Assembly: GCA_964588165.1 (NCBI GenBank)
Contig: CAZPMS010000001.1
Coordinates: 27,303-91,302, forward strand
Direction: 5' to 3'
Source: an uncultured Gammaproteobacteria bacterium
GTDB taxonomy: Bacteria > Patescibacteriota > Patescibacteriia > UBA1558 > UBA10009
Length of the DNA stretch: 64,000 bases
Shown: one piece after another, positions 1 to 11,000 of the stretch
How positions within the stretch are numbered: position 1 is the first letter of the stretch
Layout: each line of letters opens with the position of its first letter
The notes under the pieces: model-generated
Seen by the model: the letters and a program-made list of their open reading frames with translations, nothing else
Told to the model about the DNA's origin: nothing
The model's database searches: none
Position numbers and translations under genes: made by a program

Positions 1-638
1 ATTTTAGTTGCCAAAAAGGCATTGGATGCGTACTTGATTAGCTCTGAAGTTTCTCTGGAAACAACCAGCTTATGAGTTTTTAATTTAGAAAATAAATTCA
101 TTACCTTATATCCAATAGACCGTTTGGTTGCGCCGACTACAAGCCTATCGGGATGGAAAAAATCATAAATAGCCCTGCCTTCCCTTAAAAATTCAGGACA
201 GGAAACGGCATGAAAAATCCTCCCATTTTTTTTGTTTAGAATCTTTTCCAACATTCTGCCAGTACCAACCGGAACAGTGCTCTTAGTGACCACTACTTTT
301 CCTGTCTTAGCATGCTTGTTAATATCGGCAGCTACTTTTTTTACATAGCTTAAATCTGCACTGCCGTCTTTTTTTGGTGGAGTTCCTACACAAATAAAAA
401 TAAAATTGGATTTATTTACAACATCGGCCAAGCTAGTTGTAAATTTTAGTCTACCGGCCTTAATATTTTTTTTAAGCAGCTTATTTAAGTCCGGCTCAAA
501 GAAGGGTGATTTTGCATCTCTTAATGATTCTACTTTTGCTTTATCGGTATCAACGCAAAAAACTTCATGCCCTAAATCGGCCAAGCCTACACCGCTTACT
601 AAACCCACGTAACCTGTGCCAATAATTGTAACTTTCAT
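1..638 (-). CDS. ugd: UDP-glucose/GDP-mannose 6-dehydrogenase, 5' part (runs off window start)
   Basis: Not in ORF track; manual translation from ATG at 638 begins MKVTIIGTGYVG (Rossmann) and contains ICVGTP, TKSTVPVGT, SCPEFLREG and ELIKYASNAFLATK. Confidence 0.92.
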   Translation of the reverse strand, partial: MKVTIIGTGYVGLVSGVGLADLGHEVFCVDTDKAKVESLRDAKSPFFEPDLNKLLKKNIKAGRLKFTTSLADVVNKSNFIFICVGTPPKKDGSADLSYVKKVAADINKHAKTGKVVVTKSTVPVGTGRMLEKILNKKNGRIFHAVSCPEFLREGRAIYDFFHPDRLVVGATKRSIGYKVMNLFSKLKTHKLVVSRETSELIKYASNAFLATK

Positions 639-640
639 AT

Positions 641-1585
641 TTATTTTATATTTAATCTTTGTTTAAAATCTTCTACAGTTTTTTTAATACCTTCCTCTAA
701 ATCAATTTTGGGCTGCCAGTTTAATTTTTCCTTTGCTCTAGTAATATCAGGTTTTCTCTTTACCGGATCATCTTTAGGTAAATCGTAGTGATCTATTTTA
801 CTTTTAGAACCGGTAAGCTTAATAACTTTTTTAGCTAACTCTTTCATGGTTATTTCATGGTCGGGATTTCCTAAATTAACCGGCCCAAAATAACTGTCCA
901 ATTCCATCATTTTAACCAGTCCCTCAACTAAATCATCTACATACATTAAACTCCTGGTTTGTTTACCCTCACCAGCTACGGTTAAATTTTCATTTTTAAG
1001 GCCTTGCTTAATAAAATTGGGCAAAGCACGGCCATCATTAAATTGCATTTTGGGGCCATAAGTATTAAAAATTCTGACTATTTTTGTGTTTAAGCCGTAT
1101 TTCTGCCTATAATCATAACACAGGGTTTCAGCACAACGCTTGCCTTCATCATAACAAGAACGAGGACCGATTGGATTAACATGTCCCCAATAATCTTCTT
1201 TTTGGGGATGGACTTTTGGGTCACCGTAGACTTCTGAAGTAGAAGCCTGAAGTATTTTTGCATCATACTTTTTAGCATAATCAAGCATATTAGCCATGCC
1301 TAAAACGTTTGTCCTTATTGTTTCTATAGGATCTTTTACATAGTGTATTGGTGAAGCAGGACAAGCCAAATTATAAATTTCATCAACCTTTCCCCTTTTA
1401 AACGGTTCAGAAATATCATGTTTTATAACACGAAAGTTTTTATCTTTCTTTAAATTTTTAATATTCTCCTTTGAGCCTGTAAAAAAATTATCTACGCAAA
1501 CAACTTCATTGCCGCCAGAAAGCAAATTTTCGCATAAATGGGAGCCGATGAATCCCGCTCCACCGGTTACTATTATCCTTTTCAT
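641..1585 (-). CDS. UDP-glucuronate decarboxylase (UDP-xylose synthase)-type extended SDR
   Basis: [50 protein letters not shown]. Confidence 0.88.
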   Translation of the reverse strand: MKRIIVTGGAGFIGSHLCENLLSGGNEVVCVDNFFTGSKENIKNLKKDKNFRVIKHDISEPFKRGKVDEIYNLACPASPIHYVKDPIETIRTNVLGMANMLDYAKKYDAKILQASTSEVYGDPKVHPQKEDYWGHVNPIGPRSCYDEGKRCAETLCYDYRQKYGLNTKIVRIFNTYGPKMQFNDGRALPNFIKQGLKNENLTVAGEGKQTRSLMYVDDLVEGLVKMMELDSYFGPVNLGNPDHEITMKELAKKVIKLTGSKSKIDHYDLPKDDPVKRKPDITRAKEKLNWQPKIDLEEGIKKTVEDFKQRLNIK

Positions 1586-1588
1586 AAA

Positions 1589-2500
1589 TTATTTCTTAAA
1601 ACTGTCTATAGTTAATTTTGCTCCTTTGATAAGATCTTTTTTAGGCTGCCAGTTTAGCTCTTTTTTAGCTTTATTAATTTTTAAAACACTTCTCTTAACT
1701 TCGCCTTCAATAGAGGGCTTATGTTTTGCTTTTTTATCAGAAATTAATCCGGCAATAAGATGGTATAGCATGTTTATGGAAATTTCTTTACCTGTTCCAA
1801 TATTGTAAATCCCGGCGCCTTTTCTGATTGATTTAACTGCAGCCTCTACAACATCATCAACATATATAAAATCCCTTGTTTGGCGGCCGGTACCGTTTAT
1901 ATAACACTGCTGTTTTTTAAGAAGTTTACTTATAAAAATTGCAATCACACCGGCCTCTCCCAGCGGATCCTGCCTGGGTCCATATACATTACTAAGCCTT
2001 AAAGAAACATAATTAAGTTTTTTTACTTTCCCGTAATAGTTGTTTAAATAATTATCAATAGTTAGCTTAGTAAGGCCATAGGGTGAATCAGGTTTGGCTA
2101 AAGTTTTTTCTGAAGATGGAATTTCCTTGGCTTCCCCATAAATTGCGCCGCCGGTAGAAACAAAAATAAATTTTTTAGTTTTAACCCTTAAGCAATTTTC
2201 AATAACTTTTAAAGATCCCCAAATGTTATTAGATGCATCATCTAAGGGAAATTTTAAAGAATAAGGAACACTTTTTTGGGCAGCCAGATGGAAAACGACT
2301 TCGGGTTTTTCTTTACTAAAAACTTCTTTTAATTTTGGCTTGGTAATATCTACTTTATAGAATTTAGCTTTTTTATTAACATATTTCTTTTTACCATAAG
2401 AAAGGTTATCTACCACAACAACTTTATGTTTTTTTGCTATTAACTTATCAACCAAATGAGAGCCGATAAAGCCGGCTCCCCCAGTAACTAATATTTTCAT
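1589..2500 (-). CDS. NAD-dependent epimerase (UDP-glucose 4-epimerase-like)
   Basis: [38 protein letters not shown]. Confidence 0.85.
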   Translation of the reverse strand: MKILVTGGAGFIGSHLVDKLIAKKHKVVVVDNLSYGKKKYVNKKAKFYKVDITKPKLKEVFSKEKPEVVFHLAAQKSVPYSLKFPLDDASNNIWGSLKVIENCLRVKTKKFIFVSTGGAIYGEAKEIPSSEKTLAKPDSPYGLTKLTIDNYLNNYYGKVKKLNYVSLRLSNVYGPRQDPLGEAGVIAIFISKLLKKQQCYINGTGRQTRDFIYVDDVVEAAVKSIRKGAGIYNIGTGKEISINMLYHLIAGLISDKKAKHKPSIEGEVKRSVLKINKAKKELNWQPKKDLIKGAKLTIDSFKK

Positions 2501-2501
2501 A

Positions 2502-3656
2502 TTATAAATATTTTTTTAAGACATTTACCTTGTCGGTTTTTTCCCAGGTAAATTCCGGTTCGTTCCTGCCAAAATGGCCATAGGCGGCTGTTTTTCTGTA
2601 AATTGGCCTTTTAAGTTTTAAGTGCTTAATAATTTCTGCAGGTTTTAAGGGGAAGTGTTTTCTAACTATTTTTTCTATTTTAGTATCTGCAATTTTCCCA
2701 GTGCCAAAAGTTTGGACCAAAATACTTGTAGGTTCTGCCCTACCAATTACATAAGAAAGTTGAACTTCGCATTTATCTGCCAGTTTGGCGGCTACAATAT
2801 TTTTAGCGATATATCTAGCCATATATGAAGCGCTTCTATCCACTTTAGACGGGCATTTTCCAGAAAAACAACCGCCACCGTGGCTGCCATGTCCACCGTA
2901 AGTATCCACAATAATTTTTCTGCCTGTTAAGCCGGCGTCTGCAGGAGGACCGCCTTTTATAAATTTACCTGTAGCATTAATGAAATACTTGGTTTTTTTA
3001 TCCAAATATTTACCTGCAATAGGTTTTACAACATATTTAATAATATCCTTGGCAACTTTTTGTTCAGAAACTGATTCATCATGCTGGGTGGCAACAACGA
3101 CAGTATCTATCCTAGTAGGCTTACCATTAATATATTCAACAGCAACTTGGGTTTTACCGTCTGGCCTTAAATATTTTAGAGTTCTATTTTTCCTAACAGT
3201 GGCCAATTTTTTAGCCATTTTATGTGCCAAAATTATAGGCAAAGGCATTAATTCTTTTGTTTCCCTGCAAGCATATCCAAACATAAGGCCTTGGTCTCCT
3301 GCGCCCTGTTCCTTGTATTTGCCTTTTCCTTTATCTACTCCTTGGGCAATATCAGCTGATTGTTCGTCTATGGCCACAATCACCCCAACATCATCTCCAG
3401 AAAAACCGTAATTGCCATTATCATATCCGATTTCTTTAATAACCCGCCTTGCAGTACCAGCAATATCAACATAGCCCTTGGTTCTAATTTCACCGCCAAC
3501 CACAACCAAGCCAGTGGTAGCAAAACATTCAATGCCGCCTCTGGTTTCTTTATCTTGCCTAAGAAGTTCATCTAAAATTTCATCAGAAATTTGATCACAG
3601 ATCTTATCGGGATGGCCTTCGGTTACAGATTCCGAAGTAAAAATATATTTATTCAT
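2502..3656 (-). CDS. metK: S-adenosylmethionine synthetase
   Basis: [39 protein letters not shown]. Confidence 0.98.
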   Translation of the reverse strand: MNKYIFTSESVTEGHPDKICDQISDEILDELLRQDKETRGGIECFATTGLVVVGGEIRTKGYVDIAGTARRVIKEIGYDNGNYGFSGDDVGVIVAIDEQSADIAQGVDKGKGKYKEQGAGDQGLMFGYACRETKELMPLPIILAHKMAKKLATVRKNRTLKYLRPDGKTQVAVEYINGKPTRIDTVVVATQHDESVSEQKVAKDIIKYVVKPIAGKYLDKKTKYFINATGKFIKGGPPADAGLTGRKIIVDTYGGHGSHGGGCFSGKCPSKVDRSASYMARYIAKNIVAAKLADKCEVQLSYVIGRAEPTSILVQTFGTGKIADTKIEKIVRKHFPLKPAEIIKHLKLKRPIYRKTAAYGHFGRNEPEFTWEKTDKVNVLKKYL

Positions 3657-4695
3657 GATTATTGTTTACTAAATTAGTTAATAATTGCTTGTGTGCCCTG
3701 GTATATTCTAATGTTTTATTTAAACCGTTTTCCAGGCTCACCAAAGGATACCAGCCCAGTTTTGATTTAGCCAGACCAATATCAGGCAAAACCAGAGGTG
3801 TAATAAAATCAAGCGACTTTTTATGGACAATCTTTGATTTTGATTGGACCATAGTAATAATTTTTTCGGCTACCTCGGTTAAAGAAACATCCATATTGCT
3901 TCCTAGATTCATAGGTTTATTGTAGTCGCTTTTCATTAATTTAATTAAGCCATCAACAATATCGCTAACATAACAAAGTGAGGTAGAAAACTTTTTATCA
4001 CCGTAAATAACTAAATCCTTATCATCGAGCGCATTTAAAATAAAATCCGATATCATCTGCCCATCATTAAGTGCAAGCCTTGGTCCGTAAGTCCTAAAAA
4101 TTCTGGCAACTTTAAAATCCTTTTTATAAAAATCATTATAAGTAGAAAGCATAGTTTCTGCAAAACGTTTGCCTTCGTCATAACATGCCCTAGGGCTTTT
4201 AAAATCTACAACTCCACGGTAATCCTCTTTAACATATTTATTAGAAGTCCTAGGTCCATAAACAACTGCAGAGGATGCGTGGATTAATTTTGAACCATAT
4301 TTTAAGGCTAAATCCAAAACGTTTTTTATAGCCACAGAGTTCGCTTTAGATGTATCAACCACCAGTTTGTTAAAATTTTTAGCTGAAGTGGGGCAGGCTA
4401 AATTATATATTTCAGAAATTCCAAAAACATTTATTTGAAACTTTTTTAACTCTGCCATGGCTTCAAAATCAATCTTTTCAGATAAATCATGTTTTATAAA
4501 GACAAAATTAGGGTTTTGCATTAAAAACCGTATATTCTCTACTTTGCTGGTTACAAAAGTGTCTAAACAAATTACATTATTATTTTTAACCAGCCTTTCG
4601 CACAAATGAGAGCCTATAAAACCGGCTCCTCCGGTGATAAGGATATTTTTTCTTTTAGTTGATTTTTTTTGATTTTTTTTAGTAAGGCCAAACAT
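3649..4695 (-). CDS. Second UXS-like NAD-dependent epimerase/decarboxylase
   Basis: [28 protein letters not shown]; STSE motif replaced by SSAV. Confidence 0.8.
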   Translation of the reverse strand: MFGLTKKNQKKSTKRKNILITGGAGFIGSHLCERLVKNNNVICLDTFVTSKVENIRFLMQNPNFVFIKHDLSEKIDFEAMAELKKFQINVFGISEIYNLACPTSAKNFNKLVVDTSKANSVAIKNVLDLALKYGSKLIHASSAVVYGPRTSNKYVKEDYRGVVDFKSPRACYDEGKRFAETMLSTYNDFYKKDFKVARIFRTYGPRLALNDGQMISDFILNALDDKDLVIYGDKKFSTSLCYVSDIVDGLIKLMKSDYNKPMNLGSNMDVSLTEVAEKIITMVQSKSKIVHKKSLDFITPLVLPDIGLAKSKLGWYPLVSLENGLNKTLEYTRAHKQLLTNLVNNNHE

Positions 4696-4704
4696 ATATT
4701 TTTA

Positions 4705-5391
4705 TTAAATATTTAATCGAATTTTAATAAGTTCAAAAAAGAATTTAGGATAACAATTAAGGCTAAATTTTGAATGGGAATCATTTTTCCATACAATGGG
4801 ATACTCCAAAACCTTTAAACCTTTCTTTTTCGCTCTAAGCAGCAGCTCAACATCAAATGCCCAACCTTGATTATTAAGCTCCTTAAATAACTGCACAGCC
4901 TTGGCATCAAACAACTTAAATCCGCATTGAGTATCATTAATCTTTAAACCTGTTATTATTTTAATTAATTTATTGCCTAATTTACCAAATAGTTCTTTCC
5001 AAACAGGCTGATGAACCACAATTTGTGATTTTTTTAAAGCCCTGGAGCCTATTATAATATTATTCTGGCTGATTTTAGGTAAAAACTTACTAATTTCTGA
5101 AATATTTGTAGAATTATCAGCGTCCATGAATAAAATAAGGTCTCCATTGGAATTACTAACACCGGTTTTAACGGCTGCGCCTTTACCCTTATTTTTTGTA
5201 TGGGAAATTAATCTAAGTGCTGGGTGGCTTATTTGATTAACTATGGAAACTGTTTTATCAGCACTGCCATCATTTACCACAATAACCTCATATTCAAAAT
5301 CCTTTTTTTCTAAAAAAAATAAAACATCTTTAAGTGTGGACAAAATACAATATTCTTCATTAAATGCCGGTATAATTATACTTAATTTCAT
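4705..5391 (-). CDS. GT2 polyprenyl-phosphate glycosyltransferase (Dol-P-Glc synthase-like)
   Basis: IIIPAFNEE, NDGS, GKGAAV, DAD, DTQCGFKLF, FDVELL. Confidence 0.88.
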   Translation of the reverse strand: MKLSIIIPAFNEEYCILSTLKDVLFFLEKKDFEYEVIVVNDGSADKTVSIVNQISHPALRLISHTKNKGKGAAVKTGVSNSNGDLILFMDADNSTNISEISKFLPKISQNNIIIGSRALKKSQIVVHQPVWKELFGKLGNKLIKIITGLKINDTQCGFKLFDAKAVQLFKELNNQGWAFDVELLLRAKKKGLKVLEYPIVWKNDSHSKFSLNCYPKFFFELIKIRLNI

Positions 5392-5442
5392 ATAGAGAAC
5401 TTGAGATATTATAACCAGTTTAGGTTATTTTGACAAGTCAAG

Positions 5443-5904
5443 TTAAGTTTTAAAAACTAAAAATTTATTAAGAAAAAAATTAGAAATAACACTTAAAATT
5501 AAAACTATAATTTTTGCGTAAATATCAAAAATTCCCAGCTGGGTAACTAAAAAATAGAGAGATATTTCTACCAGAGCCAGAGTAAAAACACTCACTGCCA
5601 AAAATTTAATATATTGAAAAGTAGCTTTGGCCTTATTGTTAAATGTCCAACGCTTGTTTAGGTAAAAACTATTAGTTGCCGCAACTATAAATGCAATTGC
5701 ATTGGCTAAAAGATAATTTTCTAAAAACCATGGGAATACCCTTGTTAAGGCAAAATATATCAAAAAATCTATTAGTGTATTCAATATTCCTACCAAAGAA
5801 AATTTTATAAATTGCCTAAAAGAAGGAAATTTTAAAAAACTTTTTACTATCCATCTGTTAGACAAAAAATTTTTAATTAAAACAAACCAAGAAAGACTAC
5901 TCAT
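5443..5904 (-). CDS. GtrA-family membrane protein (lipid-linked monosaccharide flippase)
   Basis: QFIKFSLVG..NTLIDF, NSFYLNKRWTF, NFFLNKFLVF; four TM segments. Confidence 0.88.
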   Translation of the reverse strand: MSSLSWFVLIKNFLSNRWIVKSFLKFPSFRQFIKFSLVGILNTLIDFLIYFALTRVFPWFLENYLLANAIAFIVAATNSFYLNKRWTFNNKAKATFQYIKFLAVSVFTLALVEISLYFLVTQLGIFDIYAKIIVLILSVISNFFLNKFLVFKT

Positions 5905-7955
5905 TTAATAGAAAGATTAATGCCGCCTGTAAAGTTGTTATCAATTGCGTTGAATTTATTTTTTAATTGGCCATCTATAGTGAATATTTTTGTAACTGTT
6001 TGATTATCCAAAACATTACTGACAATAACCTCCGGCTCACCATCAAAATCTACATCACCTACTGCCAGGTCGGCTTTATTGCTTTCTTCTTCTGTCCAAG
6101 CATTCCATTGGCTAAGCAGATCACCTGAAGTTGAAAAAATTCTAACTAAAGCATCGTGTTCATTTCTTGGAAAAGTTATTATCTCCGTTCGGCTATCGCT
6201 AAAAACATCATAAGCTGCAGCTTTTAAGCCACCGTCAAATCTTTGTTCGTAAGCATTAAAACTGCTTAAAAGAGTCCCCATTTTATTAAATATTTTAACC
6301 TCAGGGTTTATTACACCCATTGGCGAAGTAACAATTTCCATAATACCATCAGCATTTATATCACTTAATGACAAATTTACGCCGACAATTCTGCTATAAG
6401 AGGTAAAATTTGATTCAAACTGACCAGCCAGATTAAAAACCTTTATTAAAGGAATTTTGCCACCGCGAGGCGCCGTGATAATTTCAATTTCACCATCTCC
6501 ATCAATATCACCAGCAACAACATTAACTCCGCCGTCATACATAAGCTCATAAGCAAAAAACTGATTTAATATATTACCATTCTGGTCAAAAACTCTTACA
6601 TGGGGCCCTCCGCCATGGCCGGCGCCGGTAATAATCTCATTTATTCCATCATTATTAAAATCAGCAGACGCCAAACTAACTCCGCCTTTAAAATTTTCTG
6701 AATAGGCTAAAAATTCCGATTGGCTACTGCCTAGACTGTTAAATGTAATAACTGAAGGTTTATAACTTCCCATTGGGGAAACCAATAAACTTGCCATGGC
6801 TGCATTTCCTCCGGCAGCTTTTAAAGTATTTTCTATATTTAGCCGACCAGAGCCCAATAAATCCCGGTAGTTCGGATTCTGATCATTAATATCATCAGCA
6901 TTTTCCATAATTAATTCATAAATTTCGGTATTGGATAAATCCGGTCTGATATTTTTAATTAAGGCAGCTGTACCGGATACCAATGGTACAGACAATGAAG
7001 TGCCATTCCAATAACCACCAAAGTACTTGTTATAACCAGGAATAACCGGTGAAAAATAAGTTAGCCCCCAAAAGCCTTCACCAGGAGCTACAATATCTAT
7101 ACATTCAGAACCATAGTTAGAAAATTTTGATTTAACGTCATTTGAGTCTACTGCTCCAACGCCTAAAACATAATTATTGTCCTCTGCTCCATCATGACAA
7201 ATAGGATACTGTGGATAAGCAGCCAAATCCAAACTAACATCAGAATCGCCTTTGGTAGTTTCGTTGCCCGCAGCTGCTACAATAACTATCCCCTGGTCAT
7301 AAGCCTCTTTAATAATTTGATTCAGTAAAGGATCAAATAGTTCGCCGACCATGCTTAAGTTAATAATATCCACATCTTTATTCATAGCATATTTAATTGC
7401 CTGATAAACAAGGCTAGTTGCTCCGCTGCCAGAACCATCTATTACTTTAAGAGGCATTATTTTGACATTCCAAGAAATACCCGTAATTCCAAAATTATTA
7501 TTGCCAACGGCACCGATAATACCAGAAACAACTGTTCCGTGGTTAATCCCTATATTAGTGTAGCTGCCACCAAATTTTGGACGGGGGTCTGGACTATTTA
7601 AAACAAAATCCCAACCGGTTATATCATCAATATAACCATTATTATCATTATCAATACCATCTTTTATTTCGCTTGCGTTTTTCCAGATATTACCCACTAA
7701 ATCGGGGTGTTCTATATCCACTCCACTATCAATAACGGCAACTACTACTTCGGGGCTTCGTGAACTAATATCCCAGGCTTCTTTGGCACTAATATTATCT
7801 AAATAATCTTGGTAAAGTAAATTATTGTCATTTGGAATTAAACTAACATCAAAATTGCTGGTATTTTGAGCTAGAATATTTTTTAAACCGAATGTTAAAA
7901 CAAAAAAAATTACTATAATAAAAATAATTTTTCTAAAGATATTAGACTTTTGCAT
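5901..7955 (-). CDS. Secreted subtilisin-like S8 peptidase with C-terminal FG-GAP/VCBS-like repeats
   Basis: N-terminal signal/TM; triad VIDSG, NHGT, GTSLS; AAAGN; repeats DFNNDGINEII, DIDGDGEIEII, GGGPHVRVF. Confidence 0.88.
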   Translation of the reverse strand: MQKSNIFRKIIFIIVIFFVLTFGLKNILAQNTSNFDVSLIPNDNNLLYQDYLDNISAKEAWDISSRSPEVVVAVIDSGVDIEHPDLVGNIWKNASEIKDGIDNDNNGYIDDITGWDFVLNSPDPRPKFGGSYTNIGINHGTVVSGIIGAVGNNNFGITGISWNVKIMPLKVIDGSGSGATSLVYQAIKYAMNKDVDIINLSMVGELFDPLLNQIIKEAYDQGIVIVAAAGNETTKGDSDVSLDLAAYPQYPICHDGAEDNNYVLGVGAVDSNDVKSKFSNYGSECIDIVAPGEGFWGLTYFSPVIPGYNKYFGGYWNGTSLSVPLVSGTAALIKNIRPDLSNTEIYELIMENADDINDQNPNYRDLLGSGRLNIENTLKAAGGNAAMASLLVSPMGSYKPSVITFNSLGSSQSEFLAYSENFKGGVSLASADFNNDGINEIITGAGHGGGPHVRVFDQNGNILNQFFAYELMYDGGVNVVAGDIDGDGEIEIITAPRGGKIPLIKVFNLAGQFESNFTSYSRIVGVNLSLSDINADGIMEIVTSPMGVINPEVKIFNKMGTLLSSFNAYEQRFDGGLKAAAYDVFSDSRTEIITFPRNEHDALVRIFSTSGDLLSQWNAWTEEESNKADLAVGDVDFDGEPEVIVSNVLDNQTVTKIFTIDGQLKNKFNAIDNNFTGGINLSIK

Positions 7956-7962
7956 AAAATGG

Positions 7963-8631
7963 CTAATTTATTAAATTTTCCAATTCCTCTATTTTCTTTT
8001 GTGCATTTTTTCTACTGGCAGGCTCAACATGGGGATGCTCAACATAATTATTTAAATAAAGTATGGCTTCTGAATAATTTTTAATATCTTCTAAATAAAC
8101 TGTAAAATGATAAAGTAGCTGAAAATCATTACCAGTTTTATCTAAACCCTCCAGATAAACTGATCTTACCTGGTCTTGTTTTTCCTTTAAATAATTTTTA
8201 TACAATTTTGCCAAATTATAATATGAGAGATAATAATTATCCCGTATATCCATAGCCTTTAAAAAAGCTTCTTCAGCTTCATAATACATACCTAATTGAA
8301 TGTATAAGTTGCCCATATTCAACCATGGTGTAGAGTTGGTTGGTATGAGCTCCCAGGCATGAGTGTAATATTCAATTGCCTGTGAAGCATTGCCTAAAGA
8401 TCTTTCTATATTTCCAAGGTCTAAATAGATTGAATAGTCGTTTGGGAATAATTCTAAGTACTCAAAATTATTTTTTATCCTTTCATTGTATTTACTAATT
8501 TGCTCATCTGATAAATTTACTTCTAAAAATAATTTATCTTCTTTAAACAAATTAAACTGAGTTATAATTAAATAGATGGCAATAATTAAAACTATTAAGG
8601 CTATAAATACAAAATATAATTTCTTATTCAT
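7963..8631 (-). CDS. Membrane-anchored TPR protein
   Basis: N-terminal TM followed by TPR-like repeats (LGNIERSLG, MGNLYIQLG); ATG at 8631 preferred. Confidence 0.7.
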   Translation of the reverse strand: MNKKLYFVFIALIVLIIAIYLIITQFNLFKEDKLFLEVNLSDEQISKYNERIKNNFEYLELFPNDYSIYLDLGNIERSLGNASQAIEYYTHAWELIPTNSTPWLNMGNLYIQLGMYYEAEEAFLKAMDIRDNYYLSYYNLAKLYKNYLKEKQDQVRSVYLEGLDKTGNDFQLLYHFTVYLEDIKNYSEAILYLNNYVEHPHVEPASRKNAQKKIEELENLIN

Positions 8632-10906
8632 TGCTAGTTTCATTTTCTTGTTCAATTAATTTTAAAATATTTTGGTATTTATCATAGGCTCTACTGGAAT
8701 AAGATGGTATTACCTCTGCTGCACGTAGTAAAACTTTTAGAGCTTTATCATATTGCTTATCTACTGTTAAAAGATCGGCATACTTATCCCAATTATTTGG
8801 TTCATATGGTTCTAAAATGGTCATTTGTCCCACTAAAAAAATTAATCTTTTAATATCCTCATTATTATCGTAATGCGCTATAACATCAGTAATTTGGCTT
8901 AAGGTAAAAAATTCAAGCTCTTTATCTATTATTTTGTCATATTCCTCGTAAAATTTTTCATCATTATCGGTGCTCTTATAAATAACAGCTTTATAATAAT
9001 GGGTTTCAGGAATATTGCTGTTAAGTTCAACTGCTTTATCTAGCTTCTCCAAAGCAACTTCTGGTTGGCCGCCAAATAAATAAATTTGAGCCATTAACCA
9101 ATATGGCCTTATTCTATCAGGACTTAGCTCATGGGCTTTTTCAGCGTATTCAATGCCTTTGTATAAATATTCGGAATCTCCTGTAAATTCGGCAAGTGAA
9201 GAATAGTTTTTTGCCTGAAGATAATAAAGGAACATATTGTTTTGATCATACTCTATGGCTTCATTCATCCAATCAACTGCCTGTTTTATATCTTTTATTT
9301 TGGTTTCTTTGGGAATATTTATACCTTGTGCAATATACTCATTTAGATTTGAAGAATAAACCACTGCCGTATCAAATTTGTTTATTGATATAGCTTTTGC
9401 CTGTTCATAATTTTTAACCATATCTTCATATTCATTGTTTACTCTAGAAACATATGCCCCATAAACGAAATCATTTGCTTTGATTTCGTTAACGTTTACC
9501 GTATAAATAAGTAGGCCGATTAAAACAGATATAATTGGTAAAGTAATTATCAACGGAACGGAAAAAGATTTTTTTTCTTTTATTTCCAGCTGATCTTTGT
9601 CCTTTTGAGTTTTTATAGAAAGAAAATGTATATAAGCCAACAAAAGGAAAAAAACAATATATGTATTTAAAGAGTCAAATACAAACATATTTTGAACGAA
9701 ATATGAAAAGAAAAGCAAAATTAAAACCATAAATGTAATTGGAGAGATAAAACCTTTCTTTTTAAATTCAAATAGATAATATATTACTGATCCAAATATA
9801 AATAAATAAAACAAAAAGCCGAAAATTCCTAAAGTGGCTGCCTGATCAACTAAAGTATTATGCGCCCTATCAAACCAAATTTCATTTTTAGAATAATCAT
9901 AAAAATCTGCTTCAAAATATTTATTAAAAACAATCTGAAAATTTTCCGGTCCCACACCAATCAATAAATTATCTCTAAAGCCCTTTATTCCCCAAGACCA
10001 GGAATGTAGCCTAGTTTGGATGGTATTATCCTCCAAGGAAAAACCTGTTACACGCCTTAGTAAGTAATTTTCTTTAACAAAGTCTGCATCCTTAAATGAA
10101 AACAGCACCCCCAGGCTGATCATTAACATCAAAAAAATACCAATAAGAACTTTAATTGATTTTTTCTTCCAATTTCCCTGCCAAAAAACTAAAACTAAAA
10201 ATCCTATAACAGAAGCAAATAAAGCCAGCAGGGCTCCCCTGGTTCCGGTTAAAAAGAGGACAAATAAATCAATCAAGGCAATAGCCAAATAATAAATTTT
10301 CCAGTTCCAGGCTTTTTTTTCCGCAAAAAAGAACAATGCCAAAAAAATATGCAACAACATATAACTGGCTAAAAATGAAGCATTGCCCAAGGTGCCATTA
10401 ACTCTTTCTAAGCCGGTTTGCAATATAAAAGAAAAACCAAGCCTTTGAGCAATGGAATATAAGCCGATTAAAAGGCTGGCTATAAGAGACGAATTTAACA
10501 GGCGGTTCCAATATTTTACTTTTTTAAAAACTGATATTAAAGCTATGAACCATACAAAATAATGAAGCACATTAAACGTACCTAAAGACCTTTCCCAATT
10601 TCCCCACCAGCTTCTTAAAAAACTTTGGCTGGTAAAGGTACTAATGATTATGACTGCAAAGTAACCTAAAACAGTCCAAAGAACCAAAGATTTTTTAGGA
10701 CGATATTCCGGCTTCCATAAAGCCAAAATTAAATAAGCGCCAAAAATAAATTCAATTAATATCCTAAGATAGACGGTTTTTTGGATGATATAAGGAAAGT
10801 ATGATTGAGGCACTACAATTAAGGGTACAAAAACCACCAAAAAACTACCCAATATTACAATATATTTGAGGCCTTTTTCTAAAATTTGATTAGTTGGATT
10901 TTGCAT
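8624..10906 (-). CDS. O-antigen ligase/O-oligosaccharyltransferase (Wzy_C) family protein with C-terminal TPRs
   Basis: About 12 TM, GTLGNASFLA, TGTRGA, GVGPENF, FDRAHN, TPR tail. Confidence 0.85.
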   Translation of the reverse strand: MQNPTNQILEKGLKYIVILGSFLVVFVPLIVVPQSYFPYIIQKTVYLRILIEFIFGAYLILALWKPEYRPKKSLVLWTVLGYFAVIIISTFTSQSFLRSWWGNWERSLGTFNVLHYFVWFIALISVFKKVKYWNRLLNSSLIASLLIGLYSIAQRLGFSFILQTGLERVNGTLGNASFLASYMLLHIFLALFFFAEKKAWNWKIYYLAIALIDLFVLFLTGTRGALLALFASVIGFLVLVFWQGNWKKKSIKVLIGIFLMLMISLGVLFSFKDADFVKENYLLRRVTGFSLEDNTIQTRLHSWSWGIKGFRDNLLIGVGPENFQIVFNKYFEADFYDYSKNEIWFDRAHNTLVDQAATLGIFGFLFYLFIFGSVIYYLFEFKKKGFISPITFMVLILLFFSYFVQNMFVFDSLNTYIVFFLLLAYIHFLSIKTQKDKDQLEIKEKKSFSVPLIITLPIISVLIGLLIYTVNVNEIKANDFVYGAYVSRVNNEYEDMVKNYEQAKAISINKFDTAVVYSSNLNEYIAQGINIPKETKIKDIKQAVDWMNEAIEYDQNNMFLYYLQAKNYSSLAEFTGDSEYLYKGIEYAEKAHELSPDRIRPYWLMAQIYLFGGQPEVALEKLDKAVELNSNIPETHYYKAVIYKSTDNDEKFYEEYDKIIDKELEFFTLSQITDVIAHYDNNEDIKRLIFLVGQMTILEPYEPNNWDKYADLLTVDKQYDKALKVLLRAAEVIPSYSSRAYDKYQNILKLIEQENETSNE

Positions 10907-10963
10907 AAATAATACAAAAAGTATAACGGATTCTCGCCTTTTTTACAAGCATCTAACAGCCCC

Positions 10964-10991
10964 TTGAAAAATAAGCAAAAAATACTATAAT
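10964..10991 (+). promoter_or_regulatory. Putative sigma70 promoter, nearly leaderless, for the priming transferase
   Basis: TTGAAA-16nt-TATAAT, 9 nt upstream of ATG 11001. Confidence 0.45.
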
Positions 10992-11000
10992 TAAGCTTGT

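Noticed and set aside
3649-3700. SAM riboswitch upstream of metK
   Set aside because: The metK start overlaps the upstream gene's end, leaving no leader space.
4661-4680. Two T8 tracts near a gene 5' end as a phase-variation site
   Set aside because: A/T runs of 7-9 nt are common throughout this AT-rich, Lys-rich window.
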